From assembly GCF_008831285.2 (NCBI RefSeq), contig NC_045138.2:36208001-36272000 (forward strand): DNA of 64,000 nt, read 5' to 3'. The DNA is from Nymphaea colorata (taxonomy: Eukaryota). Under the pieces are notes generated by a model. The model saw only the letters and a list, made by a program, of their open reading frames with translations, did not search any database and had not been told where the DNA came from. Positions 52,201 to 64,000 of the stretch are shown one piece after another. The translations under genes were made by a program, and so were the position numbers. Within the stretch, counting starts at the first letter, position 1. The number at the start of each line of letters is the position of its first letter.

Positions 52201-53801
52201 GACCTTTTGAAAAACATCAGAACTCAGGTCTTGCTTAAGCTGATCAAACCATATACAAGGATTCGCATTCCTTTCATATCCAAGGTAAATGTCATGACAT
52301 GTTTTATTTATCGATGTCAGGTGTGTTTTTTGTCTTTTTTGGTTGTGGGGGGAGGGCGGAGGCAGTGTGGGGGTCAGATTGAGTGGTGCGCACTTGGATT
52401 CTTACATTATAGTTGGTCCTTCCCTCCATTTCTATAGCTATTAGAAAGTTGTTGATCTGTTTATATGTCATTTTGAGGACCTTTTGGAAATAACATTACC
52501 CAAGTCCTGTTTAAGCTTATTAAGCCCGTATTATCAGTCCAGAATTTGTTCAGACAAGCATTCTTATTGTCTGGTTTTGGCATTTTTATTAACAAATTCA
52601 TTTTTATTAGGCTCATGAAAGCAACTGTCATCAAGAACAATGTTTCTGTTTTTGGACATGGTATAACAGCTAATGTGGCCGTCAAAACTCAACAGCAGTT
52701 CTATAGAGTCCTAGAGCAAAAGCATTTTGGGTTCAATTAGGTTAAGATGACTGGCATGTATTTACTTGTCAGGAAGTCATCCTGGCTGCATGTGAAAAAT
52801 ATGGCACACACAAAACACCAACACTGTATGGAACATATTTGTTGCCATCAACATTTCATAACAAGTATATGTATAAGAATATTCTGAACTATGTACAAGG
52901 ATATTCTGAGCTTGGTGAAAGGCATGTCTAAAGAATGTCCTCGTGCCTAATTGATAGAAATTAGCTACCTTTGAAGTCTTTGCTGTACTTGTATGCACGA
53001 GATGCATCTGAGTGGATTCTAGCACCGTCTCCTGCCAAATATTTTTCATGGTCTTAGCTCACAAGGTTTGGAGTAGGCTATTGCATAAGTATGACATGGT
53101 AATGCCAGGATGCAGTTAATGCCATAAATTTGGTCGGAATTAGGTTAGTGTTGCTACCGAAGGGTTCGATTTTCTAAAGTTAAAAGTGGAGATTCTAAAA
53201 GTTTCATCTTGGCCTTGTCCCCTGACCAAGATTTACAAGATTTATGATGGCTTTCTGTTGGTTTTTCTCGATCATGTTATCGAATGGTTTCTTTGTACTC
53301 CAAAGTCTTTTTTCCATTTTTTGGGTTCTAATATTGAAAATGCTGACTGTGACATCTGGCTTTGATTCCACTGATTATCTGTAATCTATTGTTGTTTGAG
53401 GCGCCAAATTTTTCCAAATGGACATCTCTTTTGGGTCAAAGTTGATAAACTCCGTTTACTTGTTTTAGGCTCTACTTATATTATTGTGCAATTTCACATG
53501 CAGGAGCTGAATGTGCCGGAAAAGGATGTGGAACAGCTTCTTGTGTCACTAATTTTGGATAATCGGATAAATGGGTATATCGACCAAGTGAATCGTTTAT
53601 TGGAGCGTGGTGACAGGTGAACCATTACTGACAAGCTTATGTATTCTCTTTTTTATTGAACATCTAAAATCCCACGACGTTAAATTTGTTTGGCTTTCTT
53701 TTGGTAGGTCAAAGGGTATGAAAAAATACTATGCAATTGACAAATGGAATGCTCAGTTGAAGTCCTTGAATCAGAGCATTGCTAATAGAGTAGGCTCATA
53801 G
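46258..53801 (+). CDS. CSN2: COP9 signalosome subunit 2 (PCI domain)
   Basis: Twelve exons: 46258-46267, 46690-46782, 48508-48586, 49433-49673, 49757-49831, 49908-50042, 51514-51701, 51815-51883, 51964-52054, 52150-52284, 53504-53616, 53708-53801. [35 protein letters not shown]...WGFKALKQ...[10 protein letters not shown]...[10 protein letters not shown]. Confidence 0.97.
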
Positions 53802-53991
53802 GAAGGAGCGGTGATTTCATGTGCAGCCATTTTTGTTAACTGGTGTTGGCCTGCAGGTTTGTTCAGGAGTACTTGTTTAAATCTGTGCCCTGCTGTAGGT
53901 CAAGCTGTGGAAAATATGATTGGATGTAGACCTAAATGTTTGAATGTGTATTTTTAAGTAGAGCGGCATGTTCAAGTCCTTTATGAAGCAG

Positions 53992-54087
53992 TGTTGTTTT
54001 TTTTTTTGCCCGCCAAATGGAGAACCCTCTGATTCTGTTGTTTTTTTTTCCCCCGCCAAATGGAGAACCTTCTGATTCTGTTGTTTT
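53992..54087. repeat. ~44-bp tandem duplication in the CSN2 3' UTR
   Basis: tgttg(t)n.cccgccaaatggagaacc(c/t)tctgattc twice, plus a partial third start. Confidence 0.85.
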
Positions 54088-57000
54088 GATGAGGAATCCT
54101 ATGTGACGACAAGTGATGTTTGTATTCTATCTTTGGAGAAGGAATAAACTGGTGGGATTTATGTATTTGGGCGACTGGTCGTAACAAGAACTTCCACCTC
54201 CACATGATGAACTCGGTGTTTCCCCGGAATCTGGTGCAATTCTGAATCTTTCATGAGGTAGAAAATTCTGAAAATAGAAAGTGCAACATAAAAAGTGTGT
54301 TAAAGCAGTTCAATTGAAGTCGTCTTTAGATGGCATTCTAAGAAATTGACATTTTGTGAAAATTAGTTTTTTTCATCAGTTTTTGGAACATGGTTTTGCG
54401 TGGTTAACAAGGCAAAGGCGACGCGTTTCTGTTGGGGAGATTCAGTTTATTCGCAAAAATTTAGAAGCGTTGTTTTGTCGATCGGGTGTCCCTCAAAAAT
54501 GATATACGGTTATAGGAGCGGGCGATGAGCTTGTCGTCTGCATCGACCCTGGTGTGTTAGTTTGAGCTGAACATGATCTTGTAGGTGTATACTTGTTAAC
54601 GGAAGTATTTAAAATGATGCAGTTTTGAACTCTGAAGCACAACGGTGAAACTGTGTTTAAGGTCCATGTCTTATCCTGAATAAATGGATCAGGTTTGGAT
54701 CAGCTGATAGCGACTGAAGATAACACTCCTTTCCGGTACTTGTGGTCCTCTTTAGAACGCCCCTCAAGTGGCTTGAGTTATTTCACCCCATAATTCAACT
54801 GTAAACCCGAGGCAGGTTCACGTCTTCTTTTAATGGAATGAGTCTACACAATTGGTCGGGCTAATATTCTCTTCTTTGTTTTTTGTTTTTGGCTGAAGTG
54901 ATTGTTTAAAGTTTTATTTTCGGCACAAAGATGACGCGTAGAAGATATAAGCAAATCTGCTTTCTCCGAATTAGGTAGGTTCTTATGGATTAATGAGCGG
55001 TGTTAATTGATTTAATCGATTGAACAAGTCGCAATACTCCTCCCGAGATTTCGCATTTTCTAGTAACTGAAAAGTTCAGACTAAACAAATTGAAGATTTA
55101 CGTCGATAAGTTCTAAGGAAAGAGAAACTAAAGCATATCCAATCCCACGGTCTGCCCAATTGAAGAGAAGGAGAAGGATAAAACCCCAGTATAAAAACAA
55201 AATGAAAAAAAGAAAAGAAAAATGCAAAAGCACCGGTTTTTCGAAAGAGCAAAGTCATTGTCAAGATAAAAAGTACCATAAATCGAAAAGCAAAATCCCG
55301 CCGGTATGCCCTACACGTCAGATGTACCTTTTCTTAATTTTGGATGAGCAGAAGAAAACTCCACCACGCGAGTGAGAAGTTGAAACCCTTTTCTTTTCCT
55401 TTTGCTCATGTCAACTTGGGGATCTAGGTGAACTTATCGATACAACGTTAGCATCTGCCACTATTTGTAGTGCATCCAAGTGCGGCAAGGATTATAGGGA
55501 TTTGAGACTCGGAGCCATGAGTGGCCTTCTTGCCGGATTGCACTGCGCCTCTCAGGGCAAGTCATATGTACTTTGCACTAGAAAAAGACTCAGTAAGCTC
55601 GATAACATGACATGTTGCCAGCAATAATGTTGAGTTGCGATGTTCTAGCGTGCTAAAAGTTTCAAGGAAGCATAAACTTGGTAACCAAGTTCATGCAACT
55701 CGAAGGGTTGGTAGAACTAACGAGAGCCACGAGTCGCTTGTTTTGAAAGCAAGCTTACCTTGTTTGCGGCGTCAAAGAGGCATGCAACTTCTTTTTTGCC
55801 TTCGTGAGCTGGAGTGGATTGACCTGTCCTGTCGTAATCCGGGCCCCTTGGTGAATGCCAATGTGACCTCATTTCTGAGTTGGAAAGGAGCTTTTTTATC
55901 CACTCCAATTATGTGGATTCGAGAAGAAGGTCAGGCGATGCAACTTAAAGGGTTGTTAGAACTATTATATTACATACTGTTTCATAAACCTGCTCCAAAA
56001 ATAAGAGTCGATTCATGAAACACTAGCAGTAAGTAACTGTTCCATTGACCAAATACATAACTGTTTCATTAGCCAAGCGGCTCCTTGGAGGTTTACTTCC
56101 AATTCGTGGCAAATTTTCTTCAAGTTTGGCTACAGTTTACAAGATTGGTAACTGTGAACAAGGAGCCCCAGCAAAGTAGAATCCTGCTATTTGCTCATTG
56201 CAGTTCTTGACTCCACTGCTTATCTAGAACGGAGTGCCGAAGATAGAAATTGGGAAGTCCCTTAAGTGGGATCTGCATCCTTTGTTTATACATATATATA
56301 ATTATTTGGTCAATTAAAAGTGGGGGTGACGTTCATGATGAAAACAGGTTGTCTGGTGAAGTCGCTTAGCTTCGAAGTGACGACTTGTTGGAAGAGAAAA
56401 CAAGCAGTCATGTTTTTCTTTTCCTATATATATATATATATAGATGTTGAGCGTTCAGACTTGTTGCGGCGCCACAGAGGGGGAGGCGGTGGTGGCAGGC
56501 AGGGCGTCTCGATGCCGTGCCGTTTTTTTTCTTTAAAAAACGAAAACAAATTCAAGGTGCCGGCAGGAGAGGAGAGTTTGGCCCTTGAAACGTTCCACTT
56601 CTCGACCGCCATAAAATTTCTCAGCTGCAGTACGAGAACACGGGATCCAAGGGCTGGGGAATCTGAACTGTGAGCTCATGTGAAAATGAATGGAGCAGAA
56701 GTACTATTTAAAGATCATCAGGCATAAAGCTCTCAAGTTCTCAACAATGGAGTTGGCATCTTGTTCTTCATTGCTAAATCGTCCATTTAATTTTGTTGCA
56801 AAGAGAAGCCCCCAGGTTGAAGATCAGAAAATCTTCCACCGTTCATATTTTTAAATGCAGTGGTAGGGGTCTGCTCTGCTTACATCTGGGTAGGAGAAAG
56901 TTCACTGGTCCCAAGATCCTTTTGATCCACTTATTATATTCTTCAGTTCTTGGACTTATCGAAAGGTTTACTTTCTCATGTAACCTCAAGGAAGAAGAGG

Positions 57001-58439
57001 TAAAAATCATGTTCTATTCACAGTGAAACAAAAATCCCACCAATATCTTGTAGGCTTTGCTTATTATAGGGAGGAGCTTATTTCACTAGGATCATGGCCT
57101 AATGGCCTTACATGAAATCCAGAGAGGGGAAAAAAAAACTATTCCAGAAGCTTCTTGGCAGGTTTTCCTTCCCTGGAGGATGAAAGATTGTTGGGTCGCT
57201 GACGTGGAGAAGTAGATCGCCGCTTATCGAATTTGAAACGTGAAAAGTGGTTGTTGTGGACGACCCACCAAACTCTGAGTTTTTCTCTGGTCCGTAGCCC
57301 AAAACTATGGACAACTCTTAAATGGCTGGTAAGACATCACCATCAAAAGATGATCTGGAACAGAGAAATTGGGTTCGCTACTTCTGTCAGGCATTTATGA
57401 TTTATTAAAAGAAGGCCTGGACAGAAGTTGAGCAAATAAAGCCCTATGAATGTACTTGGTATGATTCTTTTATAAACAACGACTCTTGGATCGTTGTCTT
57501 TCGCTTTTTACACGACAAATTAAGAGGAATCAATGGCTTTATATGTCATATACTAACGTAGGGAGCAAAGAGCCACTAGAGGGTTTGCTTGGTAGAGTGA
57601 TTTCGCAATCAAGTTCTACGGAGAGTAACTTTGTAAACAAGCCGAAACATGTGCGGTCTGACTATGAGGTTTTAGGACAACTTGTCTTGTCTTCATAGAT
57701 TTTAATAATTCATATTTTTTAAATTAATTAAGTCAATATCACATGCTCAAATCATAGTTGGCAAACCCGTGACTCGGACTCGGAGCGGCCAGGTCAGTAG
57801 GTCAAGTTAGGATAGAGGGAATGTTATGCATGACTTATGGGAAAATTTCATTTTGTCAAAGCTGGGTTTTCAACCAGACATGTTTTAAATGCAGTTTTGG
57901 CGTCACCCAAGTGAGACTTTTATGAGAATCTTTAGTTACTTCCATTTGGAATGATTTTTCATGAGAAAAGAGATCTTTTCTAGCAAAAACTGAGGTGGCC
58001 CTAAGGTTACCTAGGGGAACAGTCCAAAAGTTGGCAGACTTGACCATGCAATTGAAAAGAACTGTTGAATGGACTTGGAAAAACATGGAAGCATATTCTT
58101 AAAGAGTGTTCTTCCAAAGGGGTGGAATATTACATTGTAACTCAAAGTTGTTTTCCTATCCCTCACAAGCCACCCCCCTTGTGAGGATTTTTATAAAATC
58201 ATTGCTTAAGTCACCAATCTTAAATAACAATAAAAAATTACCCAAAGAGGTGGAGGCTCCACTTCCTCTAAAGGCTCGTGTTTGAAATTTGGTGTGTTCT
58301 AACTCTAAACCATAAAAGGTCTCAAAGCATAATCCGTGAACCCAAGAGGCGGGCACAAGGGAGGAGCAATAGCCTCTCTTAGGAGCGGTGGAATGAACCA
58401 CTCACCATTAACAAAAAGAAAAAAAAATAACAATAAAAA

Positions 58440-59340
58440 GGCAAAGATGGGTAACATCATTATTCACTATTATATTTATACAAAGAGGCACCTAGTTAAT
58501 TTATAACATCATTTACAACCGGTAAAACAAGTTTCTTGCAAGAGTTGGTCGTTGAAGCACATGCGACCCAATGCAATGCCAAGGGTGAAGCACTATTTTT
58601 AACACTCCCTCAAATTGGTGTGTGAAGATTTATGGCACTTAATTTGCATAATAGATGATTAGTAAATAAATCAGCTATTTGATCTTTACTTTGAATGTAA
58701 CATGTTAGTATTATCCCTTGAAGCATTTTTTCTCTCACAACTAGGCAATCAAGTTTGATATGTCTTGTTCGTTCGTGAAACATTTGCAGCTTGTAGATAT
58801 TTGATTGAAACCCAAGTCATGTAATAAATATTTTAACCATGTTATCTCACACACTAAGTTTGCCATGGATCTATATTATGCCTCTGTGGATGAGTGTGAA
58901 TTGTGTTTTCCACTGACCCAAGAAAAATACAATAGCCAGTGACAAAGCCTCGTGTTTGTTGACATGTGGTCCAATCTGAGTCACAAAAACAAAAGGCACT
59001 TAACTTTATATTATTTTCTTTGTTCATAATAATGCCATGACCAGAGCATTTATTGAGGTAGCAGATGACACAAAGCACTGCTTGTAAATGTGGTAGTCAT
59101 GGTTATTAGCTTAATACATGCATAACATATTGTATGTCTAGTTAAGTAATGGTCAAATATATTAATCTCTCAACAATTGGATGGTATTGTGTCGGATCCT
59201 TAATGAAGGAAGTCTCTCTGATCAAACTCCAAACCATGTTTTTGCTTCATTGAAGTGTTTGTTTTTGCTCCCAAAAGTCATGCTTCATAAATAATGTAAA
59301 ATAATGTCATTTTTTGTCAAGAAATGTATTTCATTTAGAT
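58440..59340 (-). mobile_element. Decayed Ty1/copia LTR retrotransposon fragment (RT C-terminus, RNase H, PPT, 3' LTR start)
   Basis: Interrupted minus-strand peptides DPTQYHPIVERLIYLTIT*LDI, DSDWTTCQQTRGFVTGYCIFLG, HERTRHIKLDC and DQIADLFT. Polypurine tract TTGAGGGAG is followed by TG at 58604. Boundaries are approximate. Confidence 0.88.
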
Positions 59341-60829
59341 GGTAAAATAAAATATTCCTCTTACTCATGGAAATTAGAATGGTGACATGATATCCACTTT
59401 AGAGTCGTAGTTAGGCTGGCAAGGAAAATACATTGTGTTTCTTTATGAACGTATATTGTTTCAAATACTCAGCTAATGCGAAGAAAATATGGTCCAAGTC
59501 AGATCTAATCGGATGAGGATTCAAGCTTCAAATATGTCTGACTCTTTTCTTTGCAAAAAGATTTTAACAAATCTCAACTTGCCTTAGGAAAAACGTTAAA
59601 CAACGGGGAGGCTGCTTTAGTTAGTTAGTAATATATATATATATATACGCTCATTTTTTTTTTAGCTTATACCGTTTATTTTGTTTGGAAATTGAAAGAA
59701 GCCCGTAACTAACATGTCGGACGAGGGGTTTTACCGTGCCGTGTGCTTCCAAAAGAATTCAGATCTGACGTCCCCTCGACTCTTTAAAAGCAGACAAATA
59801 CTTTAATGAGAAAACAGCTGGCTGCACACTGCATGGGTCATCATCAATTGGGTTGATCGATGATATATATTAAATTGGCATCTGTCTTATAAGGCAGGTC
59901 CGTCGTAGCATTAACACTTGTGTACATTTGCCTTGTTTTTCCTTTCTTGAAGGGGTGGCACATGGCACATCATGTGTTGAAAACTCACTTTAAAAATGTT
60001 TACATGTCAAAATGGTCATCAGAAAATTATATATTTACATGCTATTATTACCAATTGTCCTTGTATCGGTTTGGGTGCCCAAAAAAAAAAAACTACCAAT
60101 AAGTAAAAACTTGCTGAAATTAAATTTGTCCAAATTTTCCTTATTCTGACTATGAATAAAGAACTTTCAAGTTTCAGCACTGGTGGAACTACGTGGTGGT
60201 CTTCACAGAATTTGTTTACTTTATTTTAATTCTTTGATATATTTGATTGTTTATATATAAGTACTCTTAAAAAAAATTAAAAGACATTAAAGTAATGTCC
60301 CTCCAATCAAAACTTGTGAATTAGCCAGTGTGTTTCGGTGTTTCAATGAATGCTAGTGCTGATGAACACATAGCTCTTGATTCACTTGGTCCACGACTGT
60401 GCGGGTCAAAATCCTATAGTTTTGAGTCGGTGGTAGGGCCAAGTCGGGATGTGTGAACATGTAAAATTGTAATTGATAAGGGCATAAATGTCATTTCACG
60501 TATACATAATAGCCGACAAGATGGAAAAAATAAATTGACCAAAAAAGTTTAAGTGACAAGTTGTCAGGGATATATCAAGATGCCTGTGTGTGAGAGAGAA
60601 AGATTTGATAATCCATAGGCACAAATATATAAAATTGTAGCTGATAAGAGATCTGCATCTTATTGGTATATAGATCTGCCTATCAAATGCTCAATCCCAA
60701 TGAAGGCCGATTGAACTCGTTTATTGAGGATGGCAGCAGAGGAGGGTAGGACTGCAAACAAGTCAAAGTCAAATCTGAAACGCCACAATGTATTTGGTTG
60801 AACCAAGTCTGATCCACCCCAAGAATACC

Positions 60830-60863
<34 letters not shown>

Positions 60864-61837
60864 CAAGAATAGAAGAAAGAGAACATTTTTTTTTCATTTG
60901 TGACTTGACAAGAGAATGCACTCCTTTCAGTCAGATCTCAAATCCGTGGTTTCAATGTCGCAAATATTTGAAAACCATAGATTTGAAATCAACATTGTAG
61001 ACTCTATCATGCCCTTTAACTTTTCATAATTGTCACCCAATTTTTTACTACTCGATCCTTCTGTTAAAATAACAGGAATCTTTTGAATATTTTAAATGTA
61101 CACGTATAATTTAATAAAAATTATGATATATTTTTTTAGCTTTTAAATTCATCTCACTTGTCGAAAAGACATGGTTTTCCTGTCAAACAACAAGCTTTTC
61201 TGCATTATTATTATTATTTTTTTAAATAAACCGAGATTGATTCCAAGCGCTTCTCTTTTCTGCTGAGGCAACTTGTGTTGAACCAACCAGCATTGAATCA
61301 CCACTTGCTAAAAGCAAATGGTGTTTTCTAAGTCTAATGACTGTTGGGATTTGTGAATGCCCACTGTTAGGGAAGGAAGCATTTCTACGTTTCTTTCCTG
61401 TCGCTTGATTTTTTTATCCAATTCCCTCGGCTGCTCAGCTGTCTGTCTGACTGACATGGATCATAGCTGGAACCTAAATCCAGTGTCCGGCACCGGGATT
61501 TCACGGTATACCCAGTAATTGTTCCGTCCATACTATTTGTAAGCCATCTCCTAACAGGTAATTGTTAAAATCAATGTGAATAGTAACTAGAATCAGATTT
61601 GTTCGATTCCCATGTCTCATGCTTTCTTGATTTTTCTTTGTAATTTCAACTTTTCCTTATTTGTTAGTTTTTTGTTTATTAGTTTTTCAATTAAAAAAAT
61701 GTTATTTTAGCTTGGCATGATCTGTTAATAATTGAAACTCTAATATGATGTGGCTGATTTGGAATGTTTTTGTCTATCAATTTCATTTGAAAACCAACTT
61801 TCGACAACGTTGGTAATGGGTTCCTCTTCGGTTTGAG

Positions 61838-62040
61838 AGGTGTTTGATGGCAGGGAATGTTTTAACAGTCGGTGTTTTCAGTTTGAGTTGAAATTCAGAA
61901 AAAAACAGTACATTTTCTATAAAAATCAAATAAAAAGTGACAATTTCTTTCAGTAGTACAGCCGGACCAGTTCAGTCAAACATCAACCATCCCTTGAAAT
62001 AAATGGTTTACAAACCTGAACGGGTGAAATTTCATCCGTT
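61838..62040. mobile_element. Tourist/Harbinger-like remnant in the CIPK promoter
   Basis: AGGGTGTTTGA near 61838 and TCAAACA near 61976, plus a near-copy of the Harbinger subterminal palindrome at 62019-62040. Confidence 0.4.
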
Positions 62041-63196
62041 GGTTCGTCCTACAATCAACTAGTCACCTCAGAAAAGCTGTTTCTTGGGAAAAAAATTATC
62101 AGGCTTCGAGGATTCCGAACATTTTTAGAAAACAGTGGAAACTTTCGACGGCAGTACGACACGAAAAAATTTACCATCCGTCGGACGCCCCGGCCCGGCC
62201 CTTCCCCTCCATACATCCATCGTCATATAATTAGCAGCAGAGCAGCTGCTATTTTGTCTGATAAGATATTGTGAAAGAGCAGAGTCTGGTCGTTTATAAT
62301 TTTTACCATGAAAATTTACAGAGAAAAGTGGTTTCCTGAGTGTTGGTGCCTGTACCTAGCATGTTAAAGATAAAGCGGTAGGTGGAAGATTTACATCTCT
62401 TCGGGAGGTACAGAGGGTACTTCTTGGCTTTCTTGCTGGCTGTCCATATTAGACTAACAGATGGACACAAAGTTTGACAGGGAACTCGTCGTTTACCCTT
62501 TTCAGCTTTCAGAGAGAGAAAAAGGAAGCCGGGGTGTTAAAAGGTGGGGGTGGAGGAGGTGGGGGAGAACATTCGGGCATGCATTTTCAGCAAGGCTTGG
62601 TGGCAGAGGAGTTGGAAAGTTTGCGTTAAGAACTTAAGATCTCTTGTGAGCTGGTGCTGGGCACAATACAGGGGAACCTTTCTTTCTTTTCCTCTCCTGT
62701 TGCAAGTTTTCGCTCTGGATTTGTTCTAAAATATTTAACAGGCAAGTTAAGAAGAGATTTACCAAGCTGGGGCCATATTGGGTTTGTAGTTAATATCACG
62801 TGAAAGGACTACTTTTGAATGGTAGTTAATTCGAGGGCATGGGTCCTTCATATAGGCCTTCTGTCAGACTGCCGTTGAACAAAGTTTGAGGGTTCAGTCG
62901 GGTTGGATGGTGTTTTCCTTCTTCATTGAGGCTTGAAAAGGTTGGGGATTGGTTTTTTTTAATTTGGGTAGGCAGCTGGTTGCAGGGCAAAGATCTATCT
63001 CTGCAATTTTATTACAGGTGCGGGTCTTCATTCCAGTGGCTGACACAACCAACTTCAGCTATCTGAACAGTGATTTTGTCGGGCACTTTAATATCATCAG
63101 GTGCTACAACTTCCGGTGATTTAGAGGCCGGAAGCTCAAGCCTGTGAAGTTCTTCTGTTTGTTCACAGCAAGGCATAACCGTGGGATTTCTGTAGA

Positions 63197-63928
63197 ATGA
63201 GCACACCTAAGGTTAAGAGGAGAGTGGGGAAATATGAGCTGGGGAGGACGATAGGCGAGGGCACTTTTGCAAAGGTCAAGTTCGCAAGGAACACGGAAAC
63301 AGGAGAGCCTGTGGCTCTTAAGATCCTCGACAAAGAAAAGGTTCTCAAACACAAGCTAGTAGAGCAGGTGCGCCTCTTGGAAAAATGATTATGTGTTGCA
63401 TTATTTAACATGGGCATGCGATGTTTCTGTCTAATAATGTTTCCTGATCTTGAAATGGAGCTGTCGTAAAAATTATATCTTGACTTAGTCATACCATATG
63501 AATGGACCTTTGTGCATGTACACCATTATTTTTTTGTCTGAACCTTATGTTTGAAAAACCTCATACACGCCATTCTGTTTTCTCAGTTGATTATGTCAGT
63601 TGATTCTTCTGTTTGTCATTCAAAAGGAGTGATAACTGATCAGATGGTTTAAGGATAACCAATATTACTCAGATTCTTTCTAAGTGGAAGGAGCTTTAGA
63701 TTGGGAACCACATTTTCCTTGATCTATCTGAATTTCTACATTCCATCTTGTCAGTTGGTCTTGATAAATTGTGAAGAGTGGACCCTCATGCATCTTTTGC
63801 TTCCTGAAAATTTATTACGATCTTTGTTGGGATTTTAAAGCTCTGATATGCGATCTATCATGCAGATCAAGCGGGAAATTTCTACAATGAAGTTAATAAA
63901 GCATCCAAATGTCGTCCGTTTGTACGAG
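63197..63928 (+). CDS. CIPK: CBL-interacting protein kinase (SnRK3, intron-rich CIPK3/26-like clade), 5' portion; continues past the window end
   Basis: Exons 63197-63367 and 63866-63928 give [78 protein letters not shown]. Confidence 0.93.
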
Positions 63929-63941
63929 GTGAGTCAACTTC

Positions 63942-63943
<2 letters not shown>

Positions 63944-63987
<44 letters not shown>
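63944..63987. repeat. (AG)n microsatellite in CIPK intron 2
   Basis: About 22 AG units. Other (CT/GA)n tracts lie near 43186, 43258, 50710 and 60833. Confidence 0.95.
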
Positions 63988-63988
<1 letters not shown>

Positions 63989-64000
63989 ATTTGTTTCTTC

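Noticed and set aside
33357..53801. PAG1, CSN2 and p23 as a proteostasis gene cluster
   Set aside because: Unrelated genes are interspersed and housekeeping neighbours are common in gene-dense plant regions. I see no shared regulatory signature.
54300..58400. Short ORFs and scattered splice-like sites between CSN2 and the copia fragment
   Set aside because: No coherent reading frame or recognisable homology. A lncRNA or old TE cannot be excluded without data.

Overview
Gene-rich nuclear DNA from a flowering plant, judged from GT-AG introns and many (GA)n microsatellites; the species cannot be fixed from the sequence alone. I can reconstruct ten spliced protein-coding genes. In order: GFAT (3' part, +), p23/SBA1 Hsp90 co-chaperone (-) with a perfect heat-shock element, a ~1876-aa PDP1-like PWWP protein (-), a DHHC protein S-acyltransferase (+), a divergent CHL27/CRD1 cyclase (+), a divergent SIP2-type aquaporin (+), proteasome alpha-7 PAG1 (-), a kinase-fold probable pseudokinase (-), CSN2 (+) and the 5' end of a CIPK (+). 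Mobile DNA includes a TTA-flanked non-autonomous PIF/Harbinger element, Tourist-like MITEs, a decayed Ty1/copia fragment and a candidate tRNA-derived SINE. I found no multi-gene novel system, no CRISPR array and no rRNA or tRNA gene. The best leads are single-gene oddities: a SIP2 with an atypical Y/R/G/S selectivity filter; a PWWP protein with two repeat expansions and a multi-intron 3' UTR; a CHL27 changed at normally invariant positions; and a poison-microexon or recursive-splice candidate in p23. Family comparisons are from memory, not from searches.
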